DNA of 63,996 nt, counting the filler, from Collodictyon triciliatum (taxonomy: Eukaryota), in the NCBI GenBank assembly GCA_043381765.1. It is 5 parts of 5 records of this genome, joined end to end, with 100 filler letters (N's around TTAATTAATTAA, not from the genome) between each part and the next. Parts side by side here need not be neighbours in the genome. Positions count along the whole stretch, not along the records: positions 45,259 to 58,153 come from JBHJMP010001746.1; positions 58,254 to 63,996 come from JBHJMP010001806.1; 3 more parts are not named here. One strand, given 5' to 3'. The notes beneath the pieces are model-generated. The model was not told the DNA's origin and searched no databases. It saw only the letters and a list, made by a program, of their open reading frames with translations. Positions within the stretch are counted from its first letter, which is position 1. Each line of letters begins with the position of its first letter. Below, in pieces: positions 52,356 to 63,996 of this stretch. A program made the position numbers and the translations under genes.

Positions 52356-54706
52356 ATGGCGTGCCGGATATTGTTCCCACAGCTCCAAATTGTCGGGGAA
52401 AGCGGGGTGGAGGAAGATCTGCTGCCCTTGGACCAGGAAGAGCCGCTGACGCTCGACACTTTCCAAAGCCTCATCCGCATGTACGAGGAGAGCGGAAAAG
52501 CCTGCTTGATTGCCCGCGTTAAGACAAGGTCTACCCTTTTTTTCCTTTTTTTTTCTTTTTTCTTTTTTCTTCTTCCTTTCTTCTTTTTCTTTTCTTCTTT
52601 TTCTTTTCTTCTTTTTCTTTTCTTCTTTTTCTTTTCTTCTTTTTCTTTTCTTCTTTTTCTTTTCTTCTTTTTCTTTTCTTTTCTTTTTTTTCTAATCAAC
52701 CCTTCGCTTATGGTAAACAGAGAAGCGCTTCTGCACACTAACTATACTGACGCACGGTTTATGTACTTTTGTTAACAGAGACCCAGAAAACATCCGGTTC
52801 TTTCACTATGACTACTATTGCGCGCACCAGCTTAATAAGGTCATATTTCGCAAAGGCCTGAATGAGCTTATCTCTCGCTACCACCCTACGCAGCCAATCA
52901 TGGCAAAGAATCCCCTCTCAAACCTCGACATTGTCGGCGAAGTCTCGTATTACAAGGTAAACATATCTAGCCTTCATACCTAGTGTGCCGATGTAACAAT
53001 CTGAGAGAAATAGAAACGAAATGGTATCGTGTTGCTCAGTCCTGCGTAAACCTTAGGTTCTGCCATCGGAAAAGAAGACGAAGAAACAGGTTGATAGATT
53101 CCCACTTCTGACTCCTTTCAAAAAAATTTCCTCTTGTTTAAAAATCACACCCGCTCCGAGCCTTTGTGAAAACGAAAGCGTTGGGCTACATCTAACTAGA
53201 CTTTCACAACCTTAGACAGCAGAGACAAAGTCAGGAGTATCTAGTCCCGTGCTGACAGCATGCCCTATTGCCGTCCCTGCGCCCCCAACTCTGCTGACAA
53301 ATGATGGCGATAAGCTTTCTCTGAATGAAGAGAGGACTCTATCCAAACCTCAGGATGAATCACATATCGAAGGGCTCGCTGACACGTACTTTTTTTTAAT
53401 TAAACATCATGAAAATAACCAAGAATTTATTTTAATTTTCCATCCTGAACCAACAACCTGATGAGTCGTGGCTACGTGAACGTGATGGAGTTTAAGTGTA
53501 ACGTGTTTATTCAAATGCAGTATCAGTAGAATGGTCCAAGTGAGGGAAGACGCTAGTCCAGTTATAATCAAAGTGTACCGAGAGCAAATCTCTTCTGCAA
53601 CTACATCAAGCGTGACACCTCTTCCAAACACCTTGGAGGAAACAATATCCCGCAGAACATCTATGCAGGATGCACAAGGCACTTCGCCCGATGCAGCGCG
53701 TATAGCCCAATTCATTGGGACTGACTACAATTATCTCCATTCATCAATTTTTCGATTTGTAAGCTAATCCTTGTTGATCTTTGCTAATAAAATTTCAATA
53801 ATTTTGTTACGTCCTTTGCGAACAATATATTGATGAAATAACTTGTTGCAGGAATTTGTGAGAAATGCCTTGAACGATGACAATGAGCTCCTCACCCAAC
53901 CCGTCAAGATCAGTCAGCCTGGAGGTTTCTTCAACAACCTACAGGAGGAGGAAATACAAAGTTTCCTTTCAAGAATTCGCTCAGTAAGTTACTTAACCTA
54001 TAAAACATACACAAAATTTTAAGTGGAAACCCATTATTTCTATGCATCAGAGTATTCGAAAGTGGCCTATTTGCATCGCTAGCCTAATAAACTTCCTCCT
54101 TCTCTTTTCTTTTTTTAAAGGCTGATACCGAAAGTCAATCTGGGGTTTTATATTTCATTCCTTATTCACAAGCGCGCTTGTCTGGAGCTATTTTGTCTAT
54201 TTACGTAGTGTGCTGCATTCTGGTTACCATCCTGTCCCTTGTGTAAGTCATGTTCACTTTTGAAGGATATTATATTAAAGTCATCATATGGTTATTAATT
54301 GCCACAGTATCAAGGTGTCAAGATACAGACTTAATTAATAGTCTCCTTGTTGGGTTTCTCGTCGATTGACTTTTAATATTCAACCTTTTTTTGTTAATAC
54401 AGTTCCTTAACCACGGCCTCTTATGGACCATGGTCTGGGTGGATTTGTGTCCTCGTTCCATTCGTTTCCTTCTTGCATGATCGAATCATATTCCTAACGT
54501 TTCAGAGACCTGAGCCGGGAGGCGTTCTGTTTGCAAAGATGGTTTCGTGGTGTGTGTACATCTTCTTCCCTGCAGCTGTCTCGCCAGAATCCAGCGACAT
54601 GTTTCGCTTCGTCCGAGGCGTGATGGATGTTGCTTTTCCGTTGTGTTTTCTCCTCTACTCAGTTGGATATATATACTACTCAAAGAAAGGCCGAATTGTC
54701 GTTTAG
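52356..54706 (+). CDS. DUF5092-like protein with C-terminal transmembrane segments
   Basis: EPLTLDTFQSLI...IARVKTRDPENIRFFHYDYYCAHQLNKVIFR...AKNPLSNLDIVGEVSYY and AQFIGTDYNYL...FVRNAL. The family assignment is recalled similarity, not a search result. Six phase-consistent GT-AG introns. Confidence 0.65.
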
Positions 54707-55194
54707 TATCATTTTCACCCACGCACACCATGCCTAGCTCTTTACATAAACATTACATATATATCTAGCCACTCATAGTTTATCGTTGAGTTTTACATTC
54801 TTTGTGTGGACTTTATCCGTCGACTCAGAGCATATCCCTCTATCATTTGTGCTATTTATTTCCCGTTATATGACCAACTATATATTCTTTTAAACCTATT
54901 ACATGCTCCTTACTATACATCTCTCCATCCTCTTACTTCTGCCATTGGACATCGTCATGTGGCGATAAAACCTGGAGAGTAAGAACTTCAACTTCCAAAA
55001 ATACCACCAGATAGCAATGAGGGAAAATAAATTTTAATAATAAAAACTATAGTGAAAAGAAAAGGCAGAAACCAGTCGGTTTGCGTCACCTTTTATGATC
55101 ATTTTATCAGCCATTCTTCAAAGTCCGCCTTCTCAATGTGCCATTTTTTCTATTAAAGTTTTCTATATTTGATTGCTTGATAATTCTTATCTAT

Positions 55195-55257
55195 TGTCAT
55201 CACTTCGATTATTTTTTTTTTCCTTTATTCGATTCAAAGTGTCATCACTTCGATTAT
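55195..55257 (-). mobile_element. Ultra-short insertion, copy 3: 27 bp with perfect 18-bp TSD
   Basis: tgtcatcacttcgattat [tttttttttcctttattcgattcaaag, 55213-55239] tgtcatcacttcgattat. Confidence 0.9.
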
Positions 55258-55359
55258 GATTAGCTCCACACAATCGTCTTTGATCGATTATTTTTTATTT
55301 TTTATTTTTTATTCGAGGCAACCTGGAGCCGCGCAAACTTTTTCTTCGCAAGGGCGGTC

Positions 55360-57908
55360 TTATTCCAGACTGTGGAGCAGGTCCTGTGTCCTTGGGTCAA
55401 GATTCTTGCAGTCCGACAAGTCGAGGCCGTGCACAGACAACAGAGGAAAGGGAGAATTCAGATATGTGTGTCTGAAAACCATCTGATTCTCTGCGGCCTC
55501 GCTGCCCAGCGAGCCTGACTCGCCGGGTTGATGAGATATGAGCCAGGTGCGGTAAGTATGGTCGCGCGATGCTGTGGTGAGAATTGAAGTCCCAGATTCC
55601 TGTGCGTAGGAGGCCATCGAGACAATCTCCATACTATGGCTTTGGAATCTGCACACGATGCGGCCAGTCCCCAGGTCCCAGATGAGGACCTCGCCACAGT
55701 CGTATCCGCAAGCGACATATTGAGCACCATAAAGCGTCACGGCGCGGACGCAATACGGCTTCGAATCCATACTTTCATCCACGAGCTCGGACATTATTTC
55801 GTTAAAGCCGTTTGAAATCTCGAATGTGGAGAGACACCCATCATCTGAGCCTATCACGAGGATGCCTTGGTCGGTGGGGTCGCTGTTGAGGACAATGCAG
55901 CCTGTTGTTGCTGTCATAGTGATTTCTATGGGGTCCCCAACCTCAATACCTGCTTTCGTGATGACCAAGCGAGCCAAATACCCGCCGACCACATACAAAA
56001 CACATCTGCCGTTCTGTGAGGCGTCTAGAATTTCAATGATTTGTCCACATTGTACTTCCTCCGAAAACAATGGGGTGTCCGAGTTGTTATCCCACACACA
56101 TAGTAACCCTTTCTCGCACACAGTCACCAGTAGGGCTTCTTCTTCCACCTCCACAAAGAGTAGGAATACAACCTTGTCTCCATTCCCTGGCAATTTCCGC
56201 ATGACCTCGAACTTGGATGCGTCCCATATGTGTGTAAACCCTTTTGCATCACCGGCCGCGATGATTTGCTTGTCACCACATAATCCCGCGTCAACCACTA
56301 GTATGGAGGCAACAGCTTCAGAGGTGGCGTGCAGCAGACTTCCGTTAAAAAGGTCACGAACTTGAATCGACCCATCCTTGCTTCCCGAAACAACAACTGT
56401 TCTCCCTCTGTCGGATAGAGGACGTATTGAGACAGAATTTACTGTCCCTGAATATGGTGCATAATCCCTCATTTTCTTCAGAGGGTTGGTTTTCCATACA
56501 CAAAGATTTCCTGCGTCATCGCCGACAATTATTGCAATGTGATCACCTTCTTCACTTTCAATAGTGCATACTCCCGTGGTCGGCTTGCTAAATCCGTGGT
56601 ATTTCTCAACCTTCTGTCCCTCCATGTTCCACAAGGTCCCAACTCGCTCTGTGTCGGATGTTAAAATATAGTCGCCCATTTTTGCGTGCGAAACAAAGAC
56701 AGCCTGATGGAAACTGTACTCGGTAGATGAAATTCTTTTCATTATTTTCCATTCCCCTTCGTATTCGACGATATCAACAGCTGATTTATGAGTAACCAAG
56801 AATCTATTATTCTCACCTTGCATGGGAACTATACCCAGGAAATCTTTGTTGCTGTACTTATAAAGCTGTTTGGGCTCCCCGTGATTATGCGCGTATTCAA
56901 AGATTGTGCCATCCTTGGCGCCGATGATAAATGTGGGTATGGTTTTCCTCTTTACTGGAACGATTTTACCCCAAGCCCATGTATTTTGTTGAAAGCCAAG
57001 CTCCACTGTCGTCGAAGTTAGGTCCCACCAACCAATTTGTACATCACTAATGATAAATACAGCTAAAGGTTTACCTTCGTAGTGTCCCCAAAATGACAAG
57101 GATGAAATAATTCCAGATACTGCATTTGATGTGGCTATATTCTTTTGTTGGTTGACACTCCATATGGATATTTTGTTGTTGTTGTCTACATAGAGGATGA
57201 TTCTCCCTCCATCACTATCAACTCCAAGACATGCTACTTTCACCTCACCACCTCGATAGAATATGGTTTCAGACATCGTCTCAAAATCCCAAATCATATT
57301 GTCCTTGCTAGTGGATATCAGTACCTTGCTATCTGATAGATGTAGAATCGAAGAGACCTTTTTAGAAAGCGATAATTTCCTATATATGCCAAAGTCGGTA
57401 TTGTTAATTGTAGCGCCTTTCAGTATCGCACCTTCTAAAAATGAATCACGCAAATTCACATTTACAAGGACTGTGCCACTTAAATCAGCTCGGTGTAGAT
57501 TAGCTCCTCTCAGATTAGTTCCCGAGAGCACCTTGTTTTGCAACTTTAAGCCATGTAAAGGCTCACGAGCCTGGTTCAGGACAGAGAGGGCATCAGAGAC
57601 GGTAAAAGCATCAGGGGTTCTATCCGCATTAATGTAGTCTCGTAGTGCTGTGCGAATTCTCTCATCTTTTAGGCATTCCTGATAAAGATGACTCTGAATT
57701 GTTGAACGCAAGCATTCTACGTCACACTCATCGCCCAGCTTGTTGGATGCTTTCACCGGACTTTGAAAGAGAGCAATCCTCTTGGAAGAATTGTCCCCTA
57801 ACAAAGAATCAGGGCTTTCGGCAGAAGATTGCTTGCTGAACCTCAAAAGAGTCTTTTCAGACATACTTGGAGACGCAATTTTCTTCCTACTCGACTGACG
57901 CCTGGTAC
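55360..57908 (-). CDS. Pentapeptide-repeat + WD40 beta-propeller protein; single long 3' exon, 5' end probably incomplete
   Basis: LSGTNLRGANLHRADLSGTVLVNVNLRDSFLEGAILKGA, then WD40 motifs (VVSGSKDGSIQVRDL, CGYDCGEVLIWDL, LTTASRDHTYRTW). The frame stays open up to an AG acceptor at about 57909. Confidence 0.88.
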
Positions 57909-58153
57909 CTGATATTTATCATGTAAATATAAGGGCACATAAGAACAGTTAAATGAAATATGTATATAAAGTCCTGAAGGATGCAGCCTGTATGTGTTGG
58001 TAAATAAAATTCATTGTGTGTCCTATCCCCTCCTTCCCCCGACCATGAGCCCTTTTTTTTATTTTGAAAAGGTGCAGGGGGGGGGGGGGGGGGGGGGGGT
58101 AATTTTTTTTTTTTTTTTGTGGTATTTTTTTTTTTGGTCCTTTTTTTGGATTT

Positions 58154-58253
58154 NNNNNNNNNNNNNNNNNNNNNNNNNNNNNNNNNNNNNNNNNNNNTTA
58201 ATTAATTAANNNNNNNNNNNNNNNNNNNNNNNNNNNNNNNNNNNNNNNNNNNN
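58154..58253. other. Artificial contig linker
   Basis: N44-TTAATTAATTAA-N44. Confidence 0.97.
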
Positions 58254-58351
58254 GGGGGGGTGGTGTTTGGTTCTGTGGATGGTTGTTTTCCGTTTACTTT
58301 TTTTTTTTTTTTTTTACCAAGTTTCTGTTTGTGTTGGTGTTTGTAGTATAG

Positions 58352-58557
58352 TCCTGATGATCTTCAGTCATCTTGTTTCAGAATCTGTCAGATTGATCCA
58401 ATCACTCCCGTTTTGATCCCTGGTAGATATGTCGAAGCAGCTCAAGTGTCTGGAGACGGCCGCTCGTTGGGTTGCGGGGCAGGGCTGGGATCCTTCCTTG
58501 TACTCAATCTGTGTGAGCCCACACCAGTCATGTCCAGAAGGTCGCCATACATGCTTG

Positions 58558-58602
<45 letters not shown>

Positions 58603-59125
58603 CTTTTTTTTTTTACCTACTTTGCTTCCTCTATTCGTTCGCTCATTCGCGCGCTCTGACAGTGTTGTTACTTGAAGGGTACCTAAGCGTGGAGGTTACT
58701 CACATGCCCATGATTCCTGGAGAAGGACCTTTGGAGCCGCGAGAACAGCTCCGCCTGAGCCGCTTATTGGTTTGTTTGATGGATTCAGAGAGAATGAGAG
58801 AGAGAGAGAGAAAAGTGATGAAGTGATGAAGTGATGAAGTGATGAAGTGATGAAGTGATGAAGTGATGAAGTGAAGTGGTGAAGTGATGACGAGGGCTGG
58901 ACAAAAGTGGATAGTGATAAACAATTACCACAGGAAATAAATCTTGAGACCGCGGTTATTGGCGATATACTCGCCGCAAGAGACTTGCAAGCGCTCGAGC
59001 GGGTTCGCCGAATCGAACATGCGCGAATGGAAACAACCAGACTGCAGGAGAAGTTGGAGTCACTGGAGGAAGAGAACCGACGAGGGTTGTTGGAACAGCA
59101 AGAGCAGCAAAGCGTGAATAACTGA
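58352..59125 (+). CDS. 3' exons of a hypothetical protein with C-terminal coiled coil
   Basis: Three phase-compatible exons: ...QIDPITPVLIPGRYVE...FLVLNL|WYLSVEVTHMPM...LSRLL|EINLETAVIGDILAARD...QQSVNN*. Confidence 0.55.
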
Positions 59126-59750
59126 CCAAGTTCTCTACATCATAAAAACCCACAGAGCTATCAGATAGAAACCTTATGTAAGATTATGACAATCATAAAA
59201 CAAAATAACGGACCATTTTTTTCTACGATTTTCCTTTTATTACCGCCTTGAGACCAGGTAATGCAAAGAACTGAAAAGCCAGAATATTTTTTTATTTTGT
59301 TTTTGTTTTTCCTTTCCATGCGATTTTATCACCTCCCTCCTTCTACGCATCATGATTGGTCCGCTCTTTGAAGCAACGCATAGTGGGACAGTATCTCCAA
59401 GAAGCCTGGCTGCAAGTGGGCGTCTCCGCCTCAACACCCGACCATGAGCATAATAACAGGCTCGTTGCTATCCCTTGGCACTTGTGGGCGCATGTCTCTG
59501 GGTACCTACGAAGTGTGCTTCATCATGTCTTAGACTTCCTCGTGTGAGCGCCTTCGTGTCTGGATTTCATGCAACAATATCCCGACGCTGCAGAAACCAA
59601 CTTTTTCGCAGTGCTTCTCTCTTCAGATTATCTGCAGCGACAGGAATGGCGGAAGGGGGAGGAATGGGGCGATGGCGTCACACTTGGCCGATGCTACGAT
59701 GCTAATCCCGATGGCTACTAGAAACAGAAGAGAAAGGAGAATACCCACCC

Positions 59751-59922
59751 AAAAACAACACAACAACACAACAACACAACAACACAACAACACAACAACA
59801 AAACAACAAAACAACAAAACAACAAAACAACAAAACAACAAAACAACAAAACAACAAAACAACAAAACAACAAAACAACAAAACAACAAAACAACAAAAC
59901 AACAAAACAACAAAACAACAAA
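59751..59922. repeat. (CAAAACAA)n upstream of the PP2C gene
   Basis: Tandem octamer. Confidence 0.95.
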
Positions 59923-60111
59923 AAGCAAAAAGCAAAAAGAAGGAAAAGTTAAGCTACATGACCCTAGGTGAGAGTGTATTCTTTCTTGCAACCCTATTCT
60001 TCGCTTCGCTACACACGATCGCACACGATTAAACCTCCTCCGCCGCAAGCAGAGCCGACCAAACAGACCGACCAGGCGCGACCCACATACCAGAACAACA
60101 AAAAGGGAGAG

Positions 60112-61882
60112 ATGCTCAGGCTCGTCCGAACCGCACAGCGCACCCACGGACCGTGGAGGTTGCAGCGCACATTGTCGAGTGTTTGCAAAGGGCTGCAGCT
60201 GCGCTCGTCAGGAGTCACGATCCAAGCGCCGTACAAAGGGAGCAACCTGAACGAGGATGCGTTTGGACTGGTCTCTTCGACGGCCTCACAAACACAGACA
60301 CAGATACACTCACAGATACACTCGCAGAAGCAGAAGCAGGAGCAAATGCAAATGCAAATGCAGGAGAAGAGGGACACAGGGGACACTGATAAACACACAG
60401 CTGCCGCAACAAATGCCGACGGCGATGCAAATGCAGATGCAGACGCAGATGTAGAGCGGATCCGCGTGTACGAGTGGAGCTCGGTCGAGAGCGAAGACGC
60501 GGCGGACGCGGCATTGCGCGTGGGGGTGGGCCAGATGCAACCACAGCCACAGCCACAGCCACAGCCACAGCCACAGCCACATGTGCACATCTACTGCCAC
60601 GGCGTCGACGCATCGTTCTCGCCCGTCCGCAGGCATCACTGGCGCTCTGCAGAGTGTGCACCCGCCTTCGACTTTGCAGCGGTGGCCGACGGCGTGGGCG
60701 GATGGCGCTCCCAAAACGTCAATTCGGGCGTCTATGCCCGCGCCCTCATGAGGCACCTCCTTATGGCCCCTGCCGCACACCCCCGTTCTGCCCCTGACTG
60801 GCCGCGCACATGGGCCCAGAGCGCTGTCGATGCCGTCCATGCCCTGCGCGTCCCGGGCTCGTCCACCGCCTGCCTGGCCCTTTTGCCGCACGCTGCCGCC
60901 CAGGTCGGTGCGCCCTTTGCTGCATCCGTCGCCCGTCTCTCCGATTTCCACTTCCGTTCTTTCTCTCCATCGCCATCTGCGGATCACTCTCTGTCTCTGT
61001 CTCTGTCTCTGTCTCTGTCTCTGTCTCTGTCTCTGTCTCTGTCTCTGTCTCTGTCTCTGTCTCTGTCTCTGTCTCTGTCTCTGTNGTCTATGTCTCTGTC
61101 TCTGTCTATGTCTATGTCTATGTCTATGTCTCTGTCTCTGTCTCTGTCTCTGTCTCTGTCTCTGTCTCTGTCTCTGTCTCTGTCTCTGTCTCTGTCTCTG
61201 TCTCTGTCTCTGTCTCTGTCTCTGTCTCTGTCTCTGTGTCTGTATCTGTATCTGTGTCTGTATCTGTGTCTGTGTCTGTCTATGTCTATGTCTATGTCTA
61301 TGTCTATGTCTATGTCTATGTCTATGTCTCTGCCCATCTTCATTTCATCCTCTCCTTCATGTTTGCTTTCTGTTATCGCAGTCCCACAGCCCAAATGTTT
61401 ATGCGTATATAATATATATGCATACTCTCAAATACCCATTCATTTTCCCAATATGCATACACATTCAAACACACAAATGCACAGTCCGGTCATGTCTAAC
61501 GCAACCTCATCCGCCTGCTTTTTGTGCCCCTTTGCTTTTCCATGCAAAAGTCGGCGGCTCAGAGGCTGCACATCCTCAACCTGGGAGACAGCAGCCTGGT
61601 TTGGATTCGCAACCAAAGCGTCATCTACCGAACGCCCATCCTGGAGCACGCGTTCAACTTCCCGTTCCAGCTGGGGATGCAGTCTGAAGACTCGATGCGC
61701 GATGCTCTGGTGCACTCGGACATCGCGCAGGAGGGCGACATCCTCGTTCTTGGGACCGACGGCTTCTTCGACAACGTGTTCGAGGAGGACATCATCTCCA
61801 CAATCGCCACCATGGCCAGAGACCCGAAGCAGTACACCCCCGAAAAGATTGCCGAGAATCTTGCGGCAAACGCCCTTTTCAA
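60112..61882 (+). CDS. PTC7: PP2C-family phosphatase, PTC7/PPTC7 type, probable mitochondrial presequence; 3' end lies in the gap
   Basis: MLRLVRTAQR... Arg-rich N-terminus; NEDAF, AVADGVGGW, GSSTAC, NLGDS, HAFNFPFQLG, GDILVLGTDGFFDNVF. One intron, about 60904-61550. Confidence 0.9.
60988..61332. repeat. (TCTCTG/TCTATG)n in the PTC7 intron
   Basis: Tandem hexamers. Confidence 0.97.
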
Positions 61883-62412
61883 NNNNNNNNNNNNNNNNNN
61901 NNNNNNNNNNNNNNNNNNNNNNNNNNNNNNNNNNNNNNNNNNNNNNNNNNNNNNNNNNNNNNNNNNNNNNNNNNNNNNNNNNNNNNNNNNNNNNNNNNNN
62001 NNNNNNNNNNNNNNNNNNNNNNNNNNNNNNNNNNNNNNNNNNNNNNNNNNNNNNNNNNNNNNNNNNNNNNNNNNNNNNNNNNNNNNNNNNNNNNNNNNNN
62101 NNNNNNNNNNNNNNNNNNNNNNNNNNNNNNNNNNNNNNNNNNNNNNNNNNNNNNNNNNNNNNNNNNNNNNNNNNNNNNNNNNNNNNNNNNNNNNNNNNNN
62201 NNNNNNNNNNNNNNNNNNNNNNNNNNNNNNNNNNNNNNNNNNNNNNNNNNNNNNNNNNNNNNNNNNNNNNNNNNNNNNNNNNNNNNNNNNNNNNNNNNNN
62301 NNNNNNNNNNNNNNNNNNNNNNNNNNNNNNNNNNNNNNNNNNNNNNNNNNNNNNNNNNNNNNNNNNNNNNNNNNNNNNNNNNNNNNNNNNNNNNNNNNNN
62401 NNNNNNNNNNNN

Positions 62413-62444
<32 letters not shown>

Positions 62445-62485
62445 AGCAACGCTATCGATGCCGTGCGATGTATTGATTTCTGTTT

Positions 62486-63804
62486 TCAGCTCGAGGTTGT
62501 GTTTTCAAAAAGCTTAATAACAAGCGCTGAGAGAAAAGCAGGATACGAGCGATAATGGGTAAGGTATTCAGTCACACTTGGTTCGATGGTAGAGTAAAAA
62601 GGAGAGTCCAGGAGCGAAATCGTCCCGCTTGTGGAGATTTTAAAAACAAGTCTGTCCTCTTTGCATCCACCATACGTAGGAGTCAAGGTGTACCTGGAAA
62701 AGTTGGCTCTAATCTTAAAATTATACGATGAGATGTAGACTTTTTTTCCTTAAAAAAAAGTAAGAAAAAGGGAATATCATGGGACTGAAAAGTAGGTTTA
62801 CAAGTGCCCTCTTGTGGTCTCATTCATGTCGATTTGGTATCCCAGTAAATGGCAACAGGCCTCTCGGAAAAGTTTGCTCTTCTTCTTAAATACCTAAAAA
62901 GAAAAACGCATGTCCTATGTCAATCGGCAGGTAAAATAAACCGAGGGGGAAGAAAGATTTGCTAATGTGAGTTTAACCTCCGTTAAGCGCTTTAAATTCT
63001 TCTCTAATTCTTCCTTCTCTTTGGTCAACTTGTTGACTTCATCCGCGAGTACAGCAACATTCTTCCATTTGAATCGATTAGAATTGATGACAACGATGAT
63101 AAATATATACAACATAGTAAACGACACACACTCGATACCTATATTAGTCAGTGATACGTTATATAAAAAATCGCACCTGACTTGGCTGTGAAGTAGAAGG
63201 TATCGCTTCGAGGATTTCAATCTTTTTCTCCAACTCAGAACACTTATCTCGGAGTATTTGCTATTTCAAATTCATTCGATTAGGTCACTTGAACGTGTAG
63301 TTCGACTGATGACACCCAAATAATTTGTGATGATTCAGAGTTGAGTGATTCTGATCTGTTTACTTATATGCAGTTAACTGATCTATATTCAATCTAAAAC
63401 GAAAGGAAAGCAATTATTTGAAATACGGATTAAGATAATAACTGCTTCTGTTGAGGAGCCACCGACGAGCCGAAGTACTTTTGTTTTGGATGGATCCACA
63501 ATCTGAGAAGCCTGTCGTTGAGCCTCTTGTAGCTACACATATGGAAACAGTTGTAACATTAGTATTAATGATAATTATGATATTACAACAATTTCAATCA
63601 ACTGGCAAGGTGCATGAAGAAAAACAACCAAATACATAGAACACTCTTTGTTTTTTTGTTTTTTTTTTGGCATCACCCTAATTCACGCTGAGAGATTTAT
63701 ACTGCCATGATTACCTTCTCCTCTAGTTGTACAACGGCTTCATTTAAAGATACATTTTCTTTCTCCAAATCACCAAGATTTTTTCGAAGGTTAGCTACTT
63801 CCTT
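62486..63804 (-). CDS. MAD1: Spindle assembly checkpoint protein MAD1, 3' portion
   Basis: Spliced exons give VDPSKTKVLRL and the MAD1 C-terminal domain KNLKRLTEVFKKKSKLFREACCHLLGYQIDM...YTLTPTYG...LVFK...LLDSPF...YPAFLSALVIKLFENTTSS*. Confidence 0.9.
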
Positions 63805-63896
63805 CTGGTAAGACGAAATCTAAATAAAAGAAATGATGTTAGATGAACAAAACTGCCGATGGTATAAGAGGAAAGAATTGATTTCTTTCGGATTCT

Positions 63897-63996
63897 AAAA
63901 AAGAAAAGAAAAGAAAAGAAAAGAAAAGAAAAGAAAAGAAAAGAAAAGAAAAGAAAAGAAAAGAAAAGAAAAGAAAAGAAAAGAAAAGAAAAGAAA
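63897..63996. repeat. (GAAAA)n in a MAD1 intron
   Basis: Tandem pentamer running to the window end. Confidence 0.97.

Noticed and set aside
59968-62517. 849-aa ORF and overlapping SL/SV/CL/RD dipeptide ORFs
   Set aside because: Produced by reading through an intronic hexamer microsatellite and the N gap. The true product is the spliced PTC7.
30345-63804. Apparent kinetochore gene cluster (CENP-E-like kinesin and MAD1)
   Set aside because: The genes are on different contigs joined artificially, so adjacency is meaningless.

Overview
Eukaryotic, intron-dense nuclear DNA from a flagellated microbial eukaryote, using the standard genetic code. The window is five separate contigs joined by artificial 100-bp N44-TTAATTAATTAA-N44 linkers, with one further 530-N gap, so genes on different contigs are not linked. 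Genes, spliced by eye: 5' part of an inner-arm axonemal dynein heavy chain; 3' end of an L1/Tx1-type non-LTR retrotransposon; a UBL-WLM-PUB (Wss1-like) protease; an M14A carboxypeptidase; a P5B ATPase; a giant kinesin-like protein with degenerate motor motifs; GMP synthase; an intronless myristoylation-motif protein; a DUF5092-like membrane protein; a pentapeptide+WD40 protein; a PTC7-type PP2C; and the 3' part of MAD1. The most unusual signal is a family of ultra-short (~27 bp) insertions, CTTTGAATCGAATAAAGG+A9. Four copies occur on three contigs, and two of them are identical and flanked by perfect 18-bp target-site duplications. The dynein gene also carries a textbook U12 AT-AC intron, two GC-AG introns and an unusually high share of AAG 3' splice sites.
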